Of a DNA stretch of 64,000 bases, positions 11,272 through 24,200 are shown one piece after another. The first letter of the stretch is position 1; every line of letters starts with the position of its first letter. The notes beneath the pieces were generated by a model, which did not search any database, was not told where the DNA came from, and saw only the letters and a list, made by a program, of their open reading frames with translations. Position numbers and translations under genes: made by a program. The stretch comes from Cenococcum geophilum (Eukaryota). Where the stretch lies: positions 15,996,001-16,060,000 of the forward strand of contig CP158635.1 in assembly GCA_050273025.1 (NCBI GenBank). The letters are read 5' to 3'.

Positions 11272-14200
11272 TTTTATTATAGCCTATCCACTTTACTTTA
11301 TACTATATTTTATTATTAACGTCTTTATAACTAACGATCTTTAAAACTTACTATTTATCTTCTTCCTATCCTCTATATATGTCTGCTTTATAAACTAGTA
11401 GCTTAATATTCCTATATACTAGCTCTAGCATTGCGATATACTATATAGGGTAGATCTTTATTTTAGCTAGTAGGTTTAACTTATATATAATTAGTGAAAT
11501 TCTCTATATAATTTTAAAAGGTCTTAGTTTAACGTAGTCTAACTTCTTGCTTAGTCGTTAACTCTTAAAAATTTTATATAGTAGCTATACTTTATCCCCC
11601 TCCTTAAGATCTAATCCTTTAAATCTCTTAGCGTTATAGTACCTTTTTATTCTCTACTGTACCACCTTAGCTATTTCCGTAAGGTTTGTATAAAGATTTA
11701 TTAAATTCTCTATTCTTTACTTAGCTATACTACTTGTTTTCTTTACTTAACGTAGCGATAATAAGGTCCTTAGCTTATATCCGTAATTTACCTTAAATAG
11801 TGACGTTCCTATTCCTTCTTATAGTGTCGCATTATACGCGAATTATATAACTAGTAATAGCGATACCTAATTATTTTATGCGTAATTAATATAATGCCTT
11901 AGATACTGTTCTAGTATCTAGTTTAATCTTTCTATTTAACCGTCTGTCTATAAATAATATGTGGTAAAAGTTGCTGCTCTAACTCCTTATTCCGCTAAGA
12001 ATACCTCCTAGAATGCTACTATAAATCTTAAATCCCTATCTAATATAATTTTACTTAGTGCTCTATATCTTATAAACACTTCTTTAATATAGATTCTAGT
12101 AATATCTTCTACTAAGATTTCTTCCGTATATGCTATAAAGTATCCCTACTTTGTAAGCTTATCTACTATTACTAAGATCGCGTTATAATCTTGTCTAGTA
12201 ATAGGATTTTTTAACTTTAGTAACTTAATAATAAAGTCCTATAATATAACCTCCTATAGTCTTTCTAGTATTTTAACAGGTTATAGCCCTCTATACGGCT
12301 TATGCCTTATTAGTTTATTTCTTTAGCAATCTAGATATTCCTTTATAACTTTCCTTACTAATCCCTAGATTCCATTAATGATATACTTCTCTTAAAGTCT
12401 TAACACTAAGCCTGTAGCTCCATTATGTCCTTAAGTTATTCCCTTGTAAAAGTCTTCTATAAACTACTCTACTATACTTCTTAGGATGTACTTTACTTCT
12501 TAGTTTTTGTATGTCTATCTATAGGTCTTCTAGTTATGCCTCTAGAATTCTTTATACCTAAAAGCTTTTTAGTATCTTATAGACTCGTTTTAACTCTTCT
12601 TCTTAAGTTACTGCTAACTTTAGATAATTATACCTAATAAATCCATCCTTATCTTTGCGTAGCATTGCGCCTAATAGTTTTTCGTCGCTTTATAGTTTAG
12701 CCTTTCTACTTAGAGCATCTGCTTATGCATTTTTAGTACCCTTAGTATACTAAATCTCGAAATAGTATTCTGTAAGTATCTCTGCCTATCTAACTTATCT
12801 TTAATTAAGTTCTTTTATTATTAGGAACCCCGTTAGGTTCTTATAATCCGTCTTAACTATAAATAGTTTTTCTATGCCTTATAAGAATGCTCTTTATTTC
12901 TTAAGTGCTGTAACTATACCTAATAACTCCTTATTATAGATGTTATAGTTTAACTCTAGTAGTATTATCTTTTAACTATAGTATGCCACTAGGTGCTATC
13001 CATCTTTATATTTTTATAGGAAGCACGCTTCTAGTGCATAGTTTAATGCATCTGTCTTAACCACTATCTCTAACTTTAGTTGGTAGATTTTAAAAACTGG
13101 CTCCTAGGTAAACAACTGTTTAACTTCCTTAAATAGCTTCTTTTATTTATCTCCCTATACCTATAGTTCTTCTTTCTTTATTAGTCTTATAAACGGCTTA
13201 ATATCCTTTAACTATTAAGCTATAAACCTTCTACAGTAATTATAAAACCCTAAAAACGATTTTAACTATATAACGTTCTCTAATTCTTACTAATTTACTA
13301 TAGCCTTAATTTTTTTTAGATCTATACTAAGCTGGCCTAGTTTAATAATAAATTTAACGAAATCTGTCTTCCTAGTAAAGAACTCGCATTTCTTAATTGC
13401 TACTAGCATTTATTCCTCTTATAGTCTCTTTAAAACCCATTTAACGTATTCTCTATATTCTTCCTTATTTATTAAGTAGATAATAATATTACTAAGATAT
13501 ACTATAACAAATTCATTTAAGTGTTTTCTTAATATATTGTTAATACGCTTCTAGAACGTTACTAGTGCGTTTATAAGCCTAAATTGTATAACTAATAGTT
13601 TATATAGTCCTTCCTTAAACCTAAAGGCTGCCTTTTATTTATTGCCTTCCTTAATTCTAATCTAATGGTACGCCTATCTCAGATCTATCTTTATAAAGAT
13701 TTGCGTATTACTAATCCTATCTTAGATTTTACTAATTAAGGGTAAAGGATACCTATCCTTCCTAGTAATACTGTTTAACTGTTTATAGTTAATGCATAGC
13801 CTAAGTTTTCTATTCTTCTTTAGTACGAACAGTACTAAATAACCTGCTAATAATTATAATGGTCTAATATATCCCTTTTAAAGATTTTCCTAAACAAACT
13901 CTTTAAGTGCCTATAACTCTTTCTCTATAAGCTTATAGGTTAAAAAGAACCTTAGACTTATTTCTGGTTCTAACTCTATCTTATAGTCCTATGCTATATA
14001 TTCTAACAGCTTTTTACTTTCTAGTAACCATAGCTTTTTACTATACTTATGGTATCTCTTTAGTATATAACTTAATCCCTAATTAGTCTTTTTATATATC
14101 GCTCTAACTTAGTACTATACTAACTTGGTTTATTATTACATCTTATAGTATTAAGTATCCCTAATATCGACCTAACCTGTAACCTAATTAATCTTTAGAT

Positions 14201-17200
14201 TATATTCCTATAGCTAAGGCATCCCTAATACTGCCTTATTATTTCCTAATAGTAATATATTAAAAGACATCTTAATTCGTCTTCCCTTAATAACTAACTA
14301 AATAGGTCTTATTTTAAGATTAATAATACCTCCTCCGTAGGCTATTGGATCTCCTAAAATTGTAACTAATAGATAAGGGTGCTCCTTTTATCTATATAGT
14401 AGCCCCATCCGTTTTACTACTGCTAGTAAGATATGGTTCCTTATTACTCTACTATCTACTAATACTTTAAACTGCTGATCTTGCTAATTAACTTGTAGAT
14501 TTAGGTGTCGTCCTTAAATTCCTTTAAGGGTTTAAGGCTCTACTACTGGCTCCCTCTAGTCCCGTAGGCCTCTACTTTTCCCAACTATTAGCTACTAGAT
14601 CCTATTTATACTTAGTCTACTTTTAGCTAATACTTAGTTTGTTTCTTTTTTTTAATATGCCATAGATAGGTGTTCTCTAAATATTTCCACTATTATCGTC
14701 TATCTAGGCATTCTTCCGTAAGGAATCTTCCTGGTTAAAGTATTAAGTCTCCTAACTTCTAAATTTTTACTAGATACCAGCTGTGTATATACTTAGCATT
14801 CCTATACTATCGCTTATCTAGCGCCTAATATATTCTTATAGGGTATTTCCGATTCTTTTCCTTCGGATTCCTATATATTTTACATATATTATTTACGCAT
14901 ACAATCCATAATAGCGTATAGTGTGCTAGGTGCTTTAGGTTAACTCTTAACTTATTTTTATTCTTAAGTTTAAACCTTTACCGTGTTAATCTAAACATTA
15001 TGACTTCGTTTATAGGTACTAAAACGCGTCTTTTACTCCTCTAGTCCTCTAATTATTCCTTTAAATCTTTTAACGTTATAATTAAGGCTCCCTTAATATA
15101 ATTTATTGCTTTTTCCGTAATTAGGTGGTCTTAGATAACTCTTTCGTCCAACTATATATAGAAATCTTCCTACTTATTATTGTGCCTTTACCTATACCAC
15201 TTTTAGTATAGCTGCTAGAGTATATACGGCTTATCCGTAAGGAAGTATCTTCTTATTACTGCGTTATAACAGCCCTTTATATGTCGTTCTTTAAACCTAG
15301 TTAGAATCCCTAGATCCTCTTTATTTTCTAGTTCGGTAAGCTACTTAGCTCTTAGTGTGCCTGTTCTCGGCCTATTAGTGATTCTTTATATAGGTGCTCT
15401 GTCCCTTATATAGCCTAGTGTGCTAGATCTTATATCTAGTTTCTATTCTTGCCCTAAATTCTATTATGGTTTCTTTTACTTTTCGCCTTATAAGTAAATC
15501 CTTAAAGTTATCTTACTTCTTAACCTTAGTATTAAACTTTCGATCTTTAGTCTAAACACCTTATTTAACTAGTAAGTCCTTTAGGTCTATATATCTGTCT
15601 TCTAATTTAACTGCTGTTTATACTATAGATTCCCTAATTTATAGCGAAGCTTTTTGCTTCTTACTTATGGGTATCCTTATTTATACTCCGAATTCTTAGT
15701 CCCTTAGATTCTTTAATCCTAAGCTCGCTTCTTTCTTAAGCTGCGCTCTAGCCTTAGTCTAACTAGGCTTGGGTGTTCTTATCTTATCTTAAGAGTCTTA
15801 AATCTTACTTATCTTATCTTAAGAGTTTTATGCCTTTAGGAAACTTCGTCCTGAGCTTATTTATATATTACTAAACTAAGCCGTTGCTCTGCTCTATTGG
15901 TTATCGTCTATTATAGGTCCTTAAGCTTGCCTTATCTCGTCTTAAGAATCTTAAGCCTTTGGCCTTTTGCCTTTATTAAGTGGTAAGCTAGCACTAGCAG
16001 TCGTCTGCTTGCTTAATTATCTCTAGATATTACTCCTTCTATCTTATAAAGCGATGGATGCCGTATCTAATGGTGTTATAATACCCGTTACTAAACCTTG
16101 CTCTATGGCGGTCTCAGTCTCTACCTTTGTTGCGTCTTTAAGGTTTGGATACCCCTAGTTAGTTCCTTTATCTTCCTTGGCGCTATTAATTAATAAGTAC
16201 TCTAATTTTATTGTTATTGTTACTAATTATTGTCCGTATATTACTATAATATCTTAATCTAGCTTATAGAGTTAATCTTTTTCTTTATCTAACTCTTTGG
16301 TTCCTTTAAGTCCTCTTAACTCTGGCTCTTATGGCTAATAGCTTACGCCGTACTTAGCGTTTTTATAAATTCGGCATGCGTTATTATAATAAAACGCGAA
16401 ACTTTAGATTAAACATTCTTTTGTTCCTTATAGTATACTATTATCCCTCTATATATGTGTGTTGTCTACTAGTCTAGTTCCTTTTATTATATAGTAACTC
16501 TAACTATCTTTGCAATCCCTAATAAAATAACCTTATTTTCCGCAATTTATATAAGCTCCGTCTTTAAACCATTAACTTTGTTATAGAGTTTACCTAAACG
16601 TCTTCTGCTATTAAGATCCCTAGTTTAGCCTATACTTCTTAGTCCTATAATTACTTAATCCTTAACCTCTAAGTTTCCATAGTTTCTTATTCCATCTCTT
16701 ATGGTTTTTTTTAGTACCGCTTAGGTCTATTAGCTCTACGCTATACTATAGTTTTTAACTTGGCTTTAGTTGTTGCGTACTTTACGTCCTATATAACTAT
16801 AGAACTCTGTCCTAACCTCTTTTAGTCTATTCCCTTTAGAAGATCCTGTTATTAATCTTAATCGCTTAATTAATTAATTCCCTTAGGGTGTCCGCATCTT
16901 CTATTAGAATAATTACGTCCTGGACTTTAGCCTTAAGTCCCTGTTTGTACTGTACTATAAGCGCCTTATTATTCCACTTAACCTATATTACTAGTATTTG
17001 GAACTACGTTATATACTTAATTACTAAGGTTCGCTGCGTAATGTCTTAGAGTTTTCTTTCCGCTGTGGTCGTCGCCTCTAGGTCTCCAAATATTTATATA
17101 AGTCGTTCTATAAATCCGTTCTAGCTTAAAAACATAAACCATACCTCTTAGTTTATAGTTGTTATCCCGTTTGCTTGTATCTCTATAAGGTAAGGCTTAA

Positions 17201-18355
17201 ACTATTTAAGTACTCTTTCTAATAAGAACAATCCTACGTACGCTATTTAATCCATAGGTGTCGCCAGCTTTGCTCCCTCTTGCGTAACCTTAAAGTGCAT
17301 TTATATAAGGAATCCTTTAAGCTTTAATCTCTCTCCTAAGAATCTTTTAATTAATAGTAACTTAACCTTTACTACACCTATCCCGTTAATCCTATTTTTA
17401 AGTACCGCATTATTTTCCGTTAACTAGTTAACTATCTCTTGTAACTGTCTAACCGTTACTAATTGCTATAAGTTAGTATCTGCTATACTAGTATCGTTTC
17501 CTAATCTTAAGGTAGTTGCTGCCGTCGATAGCATTATAGTGGCTGCTTTTGGTGGCATGTTATTTAACTTATTGAAACCGTAACTGTGGTAGTAATTATA
17601 TAACGGAACCTTGTAGTAGGAACTACGGTAGGTTCTATTAATGGGCTAGGTATATAGGTATTGCAAGTAAGTTAACAACGTAATAATAACTAGTAGAGTA
17701 GTTGCCTAATAGATTAACTCTAATTATATTCTAAGAATTACTACAAGAAAGGAACTATCTAGGTAGGGACTAAGGGTCCTTAAATACACAACTATACTCC
17801 TATAAAATCCTTCTTATACGTAATATACATGTTATACATGTTATACGTACGTTCCCTTTATATACTTTGTACACTGCGTATAATATTATATAACTCGCTT
17901 ACCATTCCTCGTCATATGGTTCTACCGGTTCCATACTGGACCGTACCCGTATTAACTAACTAGCTTCTTCCGACTCTTCTCCAAGTAGTCGTAACATTGT
18001 ACTTAAAGCGTTTGTAACAAAGGCGTCTACCTTACCGGCTAAATTAGGCTCCCTCCCATATAAAATCTCTACTAGTTATACCGATTTTAGTAGGGGAGAC
18101 TTAACGATATCATTAAAAGTTAGAATATCGTAATATTATACCAAAAACACTTTAATTAAGAGGTGTAGATCGTAATATAGAGTATATCGTTGTAATCAGA
18201 TATTGTACTAACCAGTTTTTACTGTAGTAGCAATCTACAAGCTTCGTCTTAAAGGCATTTATATAAGTCCGTTATACCTAGCGGGCCTAGTCTTTATAGC
18301 TTTAATTACTAGCGTTTAAAGGCCTTATATTTTAACTAGAAGCCCCTTTAGCTAC

Positions 18356-18389
<34 letters not shown>

Positions 18390-18400
18390 ATGGTGGTGGT
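18356..18400. repeat. (TAG)n / (TGG)n microsatellite
   Basis: About 11 AGT units followed by TGATGGTGGTGGT; probably a RIPed (CAG)n or (TGG)n low-complexity tract. Confidence 0.85.
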
Positions 18401-18608
18401 ATAGCCTTAGGGCTAGTCTATTAACCCCCTATATCCGTCTATAGAAGCAGCCCCTTTAGCTCTATCTACTATATAATCTAGTAGATATATATCTACCTAA
18501 ATAAGCACTATAGGCCCTCCTTTTTATATAGCTTTACTATTACTACTACCGCTATTACCGCTATAGCTATAGCCGTAGCTAAAGCCTAGGTTTAGGTCTC
18601 TACTTATA

Positions 18609-18910
18609 TATTATATAAGCCGCGCGATAAACTCTACATAGGCTTTTTAGTATAAGTAAACTAAGAAGCTAAAAGGTAATTCTTTTATAGTAGCGCTAGA
18701 TTTTAAATAGGGTAGTAAGTAGTAGGCTAGCTAGTAAAAAAAGGTTTAATAGTACTCCCTATAGCTTAAGGTTATTAAGGAAATTAAGCGGGTTATATAG
18801 GCCTAGAAGGTTAGCAAGAAAGCGGCTATATAGTAGGTTAATCTACAATAGAAACGGATGTAGTACTTACTAGATTAGCTTTATAAACGGCTTTAAGCGG
18901 GTAAAAAGCT
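18609..18910 (+). pseudogene. GCR1_C domain relic (Crypton/Ndc10-type element C-terminus)
   Basis: Frame from 18609 de-RIPs to YRMSRAVNS..AFWHEWT..L.GN..IAALDFKWGSKWRAG...VQWYSLRLEVIKEIKRVAQAQKVSEEAA...VNLQQ.RM.CSLDQLCKRL. All stops are TAG/TAA. A low-complexity linker lies upstream. Confidence 0.75.
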
Positions 18911-19222
18911 TTAAAAAAGTTATATATATTATCTATATCTAACTTCTAATAAAATACTAAGATATTCTATTAAAGCCTTTATCTATAGCCCCCTAGGGGC
19001 TTATTTTAGTGCGGTATAAGTTTAATAGGGTACTTTAGGATGCTTATATAATGGCGGCGCGCAACTTAAAACGTGAATAACTCTATTAACCTATAGCCGA
19101 TTCTTACCATTTTAGTATAAGTAGAAAGCGCTTAGTAGACTCTACGTATAGCGCTTAACGGGTGCTAAGAGCGCGGCGTTGCTGGCAATTAAAAATCAAC
19201 CGTGGATATAGGGTAACATCTA

Positions 19223-21289
19223 CGGAGGACGACGCAAAATTGAATTTCCCCTTCCTATTTGGGAAAAGCGTCTTTTTGATGCCAAGACCCCACCAAAAAT
19301 CAACTCAATCAACTTAATTGAAGTTTTTGATACTAATATATCATCTAGATAGCTTCCAAAACGTAGTGTTTTACCGTTTAATATTTACATAATTAACCTC
19401 ATTCTATCGCACCTTATATTCTATAGGCTTTCGAGGCTTTCGGGGCCTCAATTGCGTCTATTCTTGGCTTTCTACTTAGCTCTCTACCCGTTTAACTGCC
19501 CGTTTAACTACCCGTTTAACTACCTGGTTACGATCGTTCCTTTAAAGTCTTTAATTATAGAGCTGTCGATCTACAATTAAGCCAGGCCCCTAAGTATCTT
19601 GACGTCGATTTGGAACCACTAAATTAACTAATTTTTGCCACTCTTCCTCAGTAATCTCCTTAATCTCCTCACGGCTCTGCGTAGGGAGGAAGAATTGCAG
19701 ATAGGTGTTAGGTAAACCACAGTGATTACGCAACGTCTTATAGCCCGTTTAAAGCACCTTAACGATTATAGAAAGCTTATGATTAGCTTCCTTATAGAGT
19801 TGCTTTTGGCTTCGCTACTTTTCCTCCGCTCCCTCTCTATAATTGTTACCTCCTTTAAGTTCTATAAGCTTCTTAATATAGCAAGATATCCTCTTAATCT
19901 ACTACTAAATTCGCTACTACTTAAGATCTTGCTAAACTCTAAGCTAAGCCTTCTCTGCAGCTACATAGGAGGTAAGTAGGCCTCTTTTTATAGTTACCCG
20001 TTTTAGGTAGCTCTAATAGGGCTTAATTATATTTAGGTTAGGCGAATTACCTAGCCAAAGAAGACATTAAATCTTATAGGCGTTAAAGTAGATCTAGTAA
20101 ATCTTTGTAATATAAGAAGTAGCTTTATCTTCCTGTATAATTGTATTAGGATTTAAGTATATAAGGCTTTAAGCAAACGGAAGAAGTTTTAGTATTAAAA
20201 TATTTGTTAGATATCACTACTAGTTAATTCTACCTCCATCTAATTAAGTAAAAGCTCTGTATAATGCTATAAACTTCTATTTAGCAGGAGCTCCGCCTAT
20301 ACGCCTCCCGTAACGTAGTTCGTGTAAGCCTCTTTTAGTATCTTATTTCTCTTTCTAAGCCTTATACGCCTCTGGCTCTAGAGCTTTATTCCAGATCTTA
20401 ATAATAGATTTTAATTTATCTAATTCCTTCTTCATTTGAGGCTTCTAAATATAGCATAGGCCTTTAAAGTTATATAAAAAGCAACCCCAGAATATAAACT
20501 TGGAGTACCCCTTCCACCATTCTCGTACGTAGCTACGTACGCAGGCCTTATGCAGTTGTCGCTATACTTAGTAGCCCCCTCGACGGTAGCCTAAAACAAT
20601 ACTCGTCTTATCTAACTAAATTATAGCCTTCCAATCTTCTAGTGTCTAGTGGCGGTAGGCTAATGCAAATCTATATTATTTATTCTTTATAGCTATAGTT
20701 AATCTAGGCTTCCTTATTAGCTTTATCTTACGGAAGCCGTACTTTTAGAGTATTGTTTAAACGGATAATGCGGAAAGGCCCGTTTCGCAAGCGATTATTT
20801 TAGTGCTTTTTTTACGCCCGTAACGATCGCATATAACGGCGTTAACGACTTTGTGCTTAAGATTAGGGGTAATAGTTTTCTTACGCCCTAGGCCAGGCTT
20901 ATTCTTAAGGTGGTTATTAAGAAGGACCTAATCTGCGCGCCAGCTATTCTCTACTGCCTTTTTTACTAGGTTGCCGATGTGCCTAGCACTAATTCCAGTA
21001 ATATAAGTAATTACCTTTAGGGGTGTTCCTAGAGCCTTTATTACTATAGCCTGCGCCCTTGTTGCAAGGCCGTAGCGAGGCATTTTAGGCTCCAAAATTG
21101 ATAGAAAAAATAGTAGAAGGTAAGTAAAGGACGTTATAAGCGACTAAGTGAATAGATTCTATCAAGAAGTTGGTGTAAAGTTGCTTTTTACAAGCTCAAA
21201 GTCAAAAAGTTGGTATTTTTGGTGGGGTCTTGGCATCGAAACGACGCTTTTCCCAAATAGGAAGGGGAAATTCAATTTTGCGTCCTCCG
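19223..21289 (-). mobile_element. Tc1-like (DD34E) DNA transposon, RIPed, 2067 bp
   Basis: ~80-bp TIRs CGGAGGAC(GAC)GCAAAATTGAATTTCCCCTTCCTATTTGGGAAAAGCG. TA TSD at 19221-19222 and 21290-21291. Transposase ATG 21083 (MPRYGLATRAQA); QED(34 aa)WPGNSPDLN.IE at ~20130-20022; GGNNYREG near 19850. Confidence 0.93.
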
Positions 21290-24200
21290 TACAGCTGCTG
21301 AGCGCACGGGCCCCCCGTCGTCGTAATTGTGACTTAGCCGCTAATTTAGCCATATAAACGTAACTATGGATATACTATTGCTATTTTTGGTCCATACATA
21401 ATATCTATCTAAGTATTATTAAAATACGAGCTTAATAGCCCGATCCGCTACCTATAGACGTTCGTAATCTAGCCTTATTAATCTAGCTAACCCGACAGCT
21501 CTTATTATGCATCTAAACGTCGCACAACTAGCTACGCTAGTCTGAAGATACATTTATAGCGAATATAATTGTATAAGAAATTCCATCTTCCGGGGGACTT
21601 TAGCCTGCACCTCTATAGTATGTCGAGCAGATAATAAAGCACTACTAGATAATCTGGAGAGCCTCCGCCTGCGTCAACTGCGCCAGAACTATTCTTTTAA
21701 TTGGGGCAATTCTCTAATAGCAGCTGCTTCAGCCGCAGTGTACCCAAGTATCGTTTAATGGCCCCAATATACCTACCAAGAGGGCTTAATACGGTGCAAG
21801 TCAATACTTCTTTGCATATTCGGCCGTTAGGCCTTTTTAAGGCCTTTGGCTCTATAGATCCCTTTATATAGTATTTAGCACTTTTTGTATAGGGCGCTTT
21901 GGGCGCTTCTACTTGGGTTAGCATGCTGCAGGTATTCTAGCTAGTGTGGTTTTATTAGCAAGCCCCACCAAAACACCTTAATATTGCGATGCCGATAAAA
22001 TGCTACCTAAGGCCACCACCACAAATACACTAAATATATTTTTAAGGAAGTTGGGCAAGAAGTCGTGATATAATATTATAACTATACGTTCTTATCCTTC
22101 CTCCATTAACCAGCTGCTAATTATATAGAAAAAGCCTTTAGAGTCCTCCCCTAAATCCTTACTACCTATATACTTTATATATATTCTTAACGTTAATAAG
22201 AATAAGCTAGTGGAGGATTAGCTTAAGGTTATAAGGGAGGACGTATTATATACATTAAATAAGGTGGATTAGATACTATAGGTAATTAAACGGTTTAATT
22301 AGCAATTATTTAGTATAGAGGCGCGTTTAAAGGCAGTAGAGGAGGGCTTAAGGATAAACGCTGTAGTAAAAGCTTAATTAGCTTTAGAGTCTCAATATTA
22401 GAGACATAAGGAAGTAGAGAATTAAAAATAGTTACCTAATTGTCGCCTACTAAATGAAAGTTGTTAAAGCACTATAGGCATAGAGGAAGCCTATAAACTT
22501 CGCATTTATATACTGTTCGCTTTATCTTTACTATAAGCTTCCTTATATATTTTCATCTATACATCTAGCACGTTAGTAAGCTCTTATGGCCTTGCTTCTT
22601 TATATAGCTATTAATATAGCGGTAAGTTTATGTTTTACATCGTTAAATTATAGGTAGTAGGGTTTTGGCAGTAATGTAGGTGTTTATTTAATTTGTTTTA
22701 TTTCTATAACTAGACCTAATACCAGGTTTATATTGCCCGTAATTTAGTAATATTAAATAAAAAAACGCTTAGTATTTTCCTTATTTAGGCCCGTTTGCCG
22801 GCTATCTATAATAACAAGATTCCATATTAATTATACGCGGAAGTATTAATAGGTTTAAAGGAAGGGCTTACTTAATGTTTAGAAGATCTTCTTACTAATA
22901 ATATAGGCGTTAATTATAGCTATATTAAGCGCCTAGAGGAATAAGGGTATCTAGGTATAAATAGTGGTAATTTAGGTAGTATAGTAGCTTTAAAGTTAAT
23001 TATAGATATTAACACCGCCTATTTAGTTATTATAGTCAATAGAGAGCCTAGGAAGCGTTAACTTCTTAATTAGATTATTACCCTAAATATTAGCTACTAG
23101 CTTCTTAAGAAAGGAATTATATCCTTGCGGCCGGCGCTAATTAACTTTATTAATATCCTTATCGCCGTAAAAGTAAGCTATCATTAAAAACCGTACTAAA
23201 TTCTTATCTTACCATATAATTAAAAGCACTAGATTAGCTGCGCTAACAACTACTTCTATAATAAAGTTAAACGGTAACCTTGCCTTCCTTTTATTAGCCC
23301 TTTTATATACCTCTAAATAGTCCTTTAAGTTTAATTAAGCTATACTAGCTATAGTAATTCCAAGTTATTAAAGCACCTAGAGCAACGGAATATTTATAAA
23401 GTAGTTATCTAAAAATAGGCAGAATCGACGGGCCTAAAGAGGAAGCTACTAAGTAAGGTAGAGGATATACTTAGAGGTCTTTAAGAGGACAATATCTTAG
23501 TAATCTATTTAAGTAGGAAGCCTAAAAAAGCAGCCAGGTAAGGTAAATATAAAGCTATAGCAAAATTATAAGAGGTTAGTCTAACCGGAACGTATAATTA
23601 TCTAATTAATAGAATAGAATAAGAGTTATAGGTAAGTAGAAGATAAGTTAAGGTAAAATAAGCTTTATATAATAAAGGATAAATGCTTTTTAACCTCTTT
23701 TATTTAGAGACTAATTGCTAGTTATAACGAAGCCTTGTAGCAGGAACTACGGTAGACTTGTTAATGGGCCGGGTATATAGGTAAACAAGAAAGTCAACAA
23801 CGTAATAATAACTAGTGGAGTGGTTGCCTAACAGATTAACTCTAATTATATTCTAAGATTCACTATAAGGAAAGAACTATCTTAGTAGGGACTATAGTCC
23901 TTTAAATATACAACTATACTCCTAAGAAATCCTCCTTATATATAATATACGTAGGGTATATAAGGTATATAAGTTCCTTATGTTCCTCTTGTTTAGTATA
24001 TAGCATATTATATAACCTTAGTTACCATTCCTCATTACACGGCTTAATCGGTTCTATTCTAGACTATACCTATATTAACTAACTAGCTTCCTCTAACTCC
24101 TCTCCTAGTAGTTATAATATCGTGCTTAAAGCGTTCGTAATACTATCTCCCTTCTCTTTATCTTTGTCCTTAAAGATTTCTAATATCTCTAAGTTATCTA

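Larger units (their letters stand above)
9604..18019 (-). mobile_element. Ty3/Gypsy chromovirus family 1, copy A, RIPed
   Basis: LTRs ~9604-10478 (interrupted by the foldback element) and 17599-18019. TSD AAGGC at 9599-9603 and 18020-18024. gag ATG 17558; pol ~14580-11171 with PR, RT, RH, IN and chromodomain. Confidence 0.95.
9467..18224. mobile_element. ~337-bp non-autonomous Tc1/mariner-type MITE split by retroelement A (halves 9467-9603 and 18025-18224)
   Basis: TIRs (C/G)AGTAAAAACTGGTTAGTAC(G/A)ATA at 9467 and inverted ending at 18224, flanked by TA (9465-9466, 18225-18226). No coding capacity seen. Confidence 0.8.

Noticed and set aside
18356..18400. Telomere-like repeat
   Set aside because: The unit is TAG/TGG, not TTAGGG.
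21148..21357. ORFs across the Tc1 right end
   Set aside because: They run through the TIR and flank; they are open only because the TIR is less RIPed.
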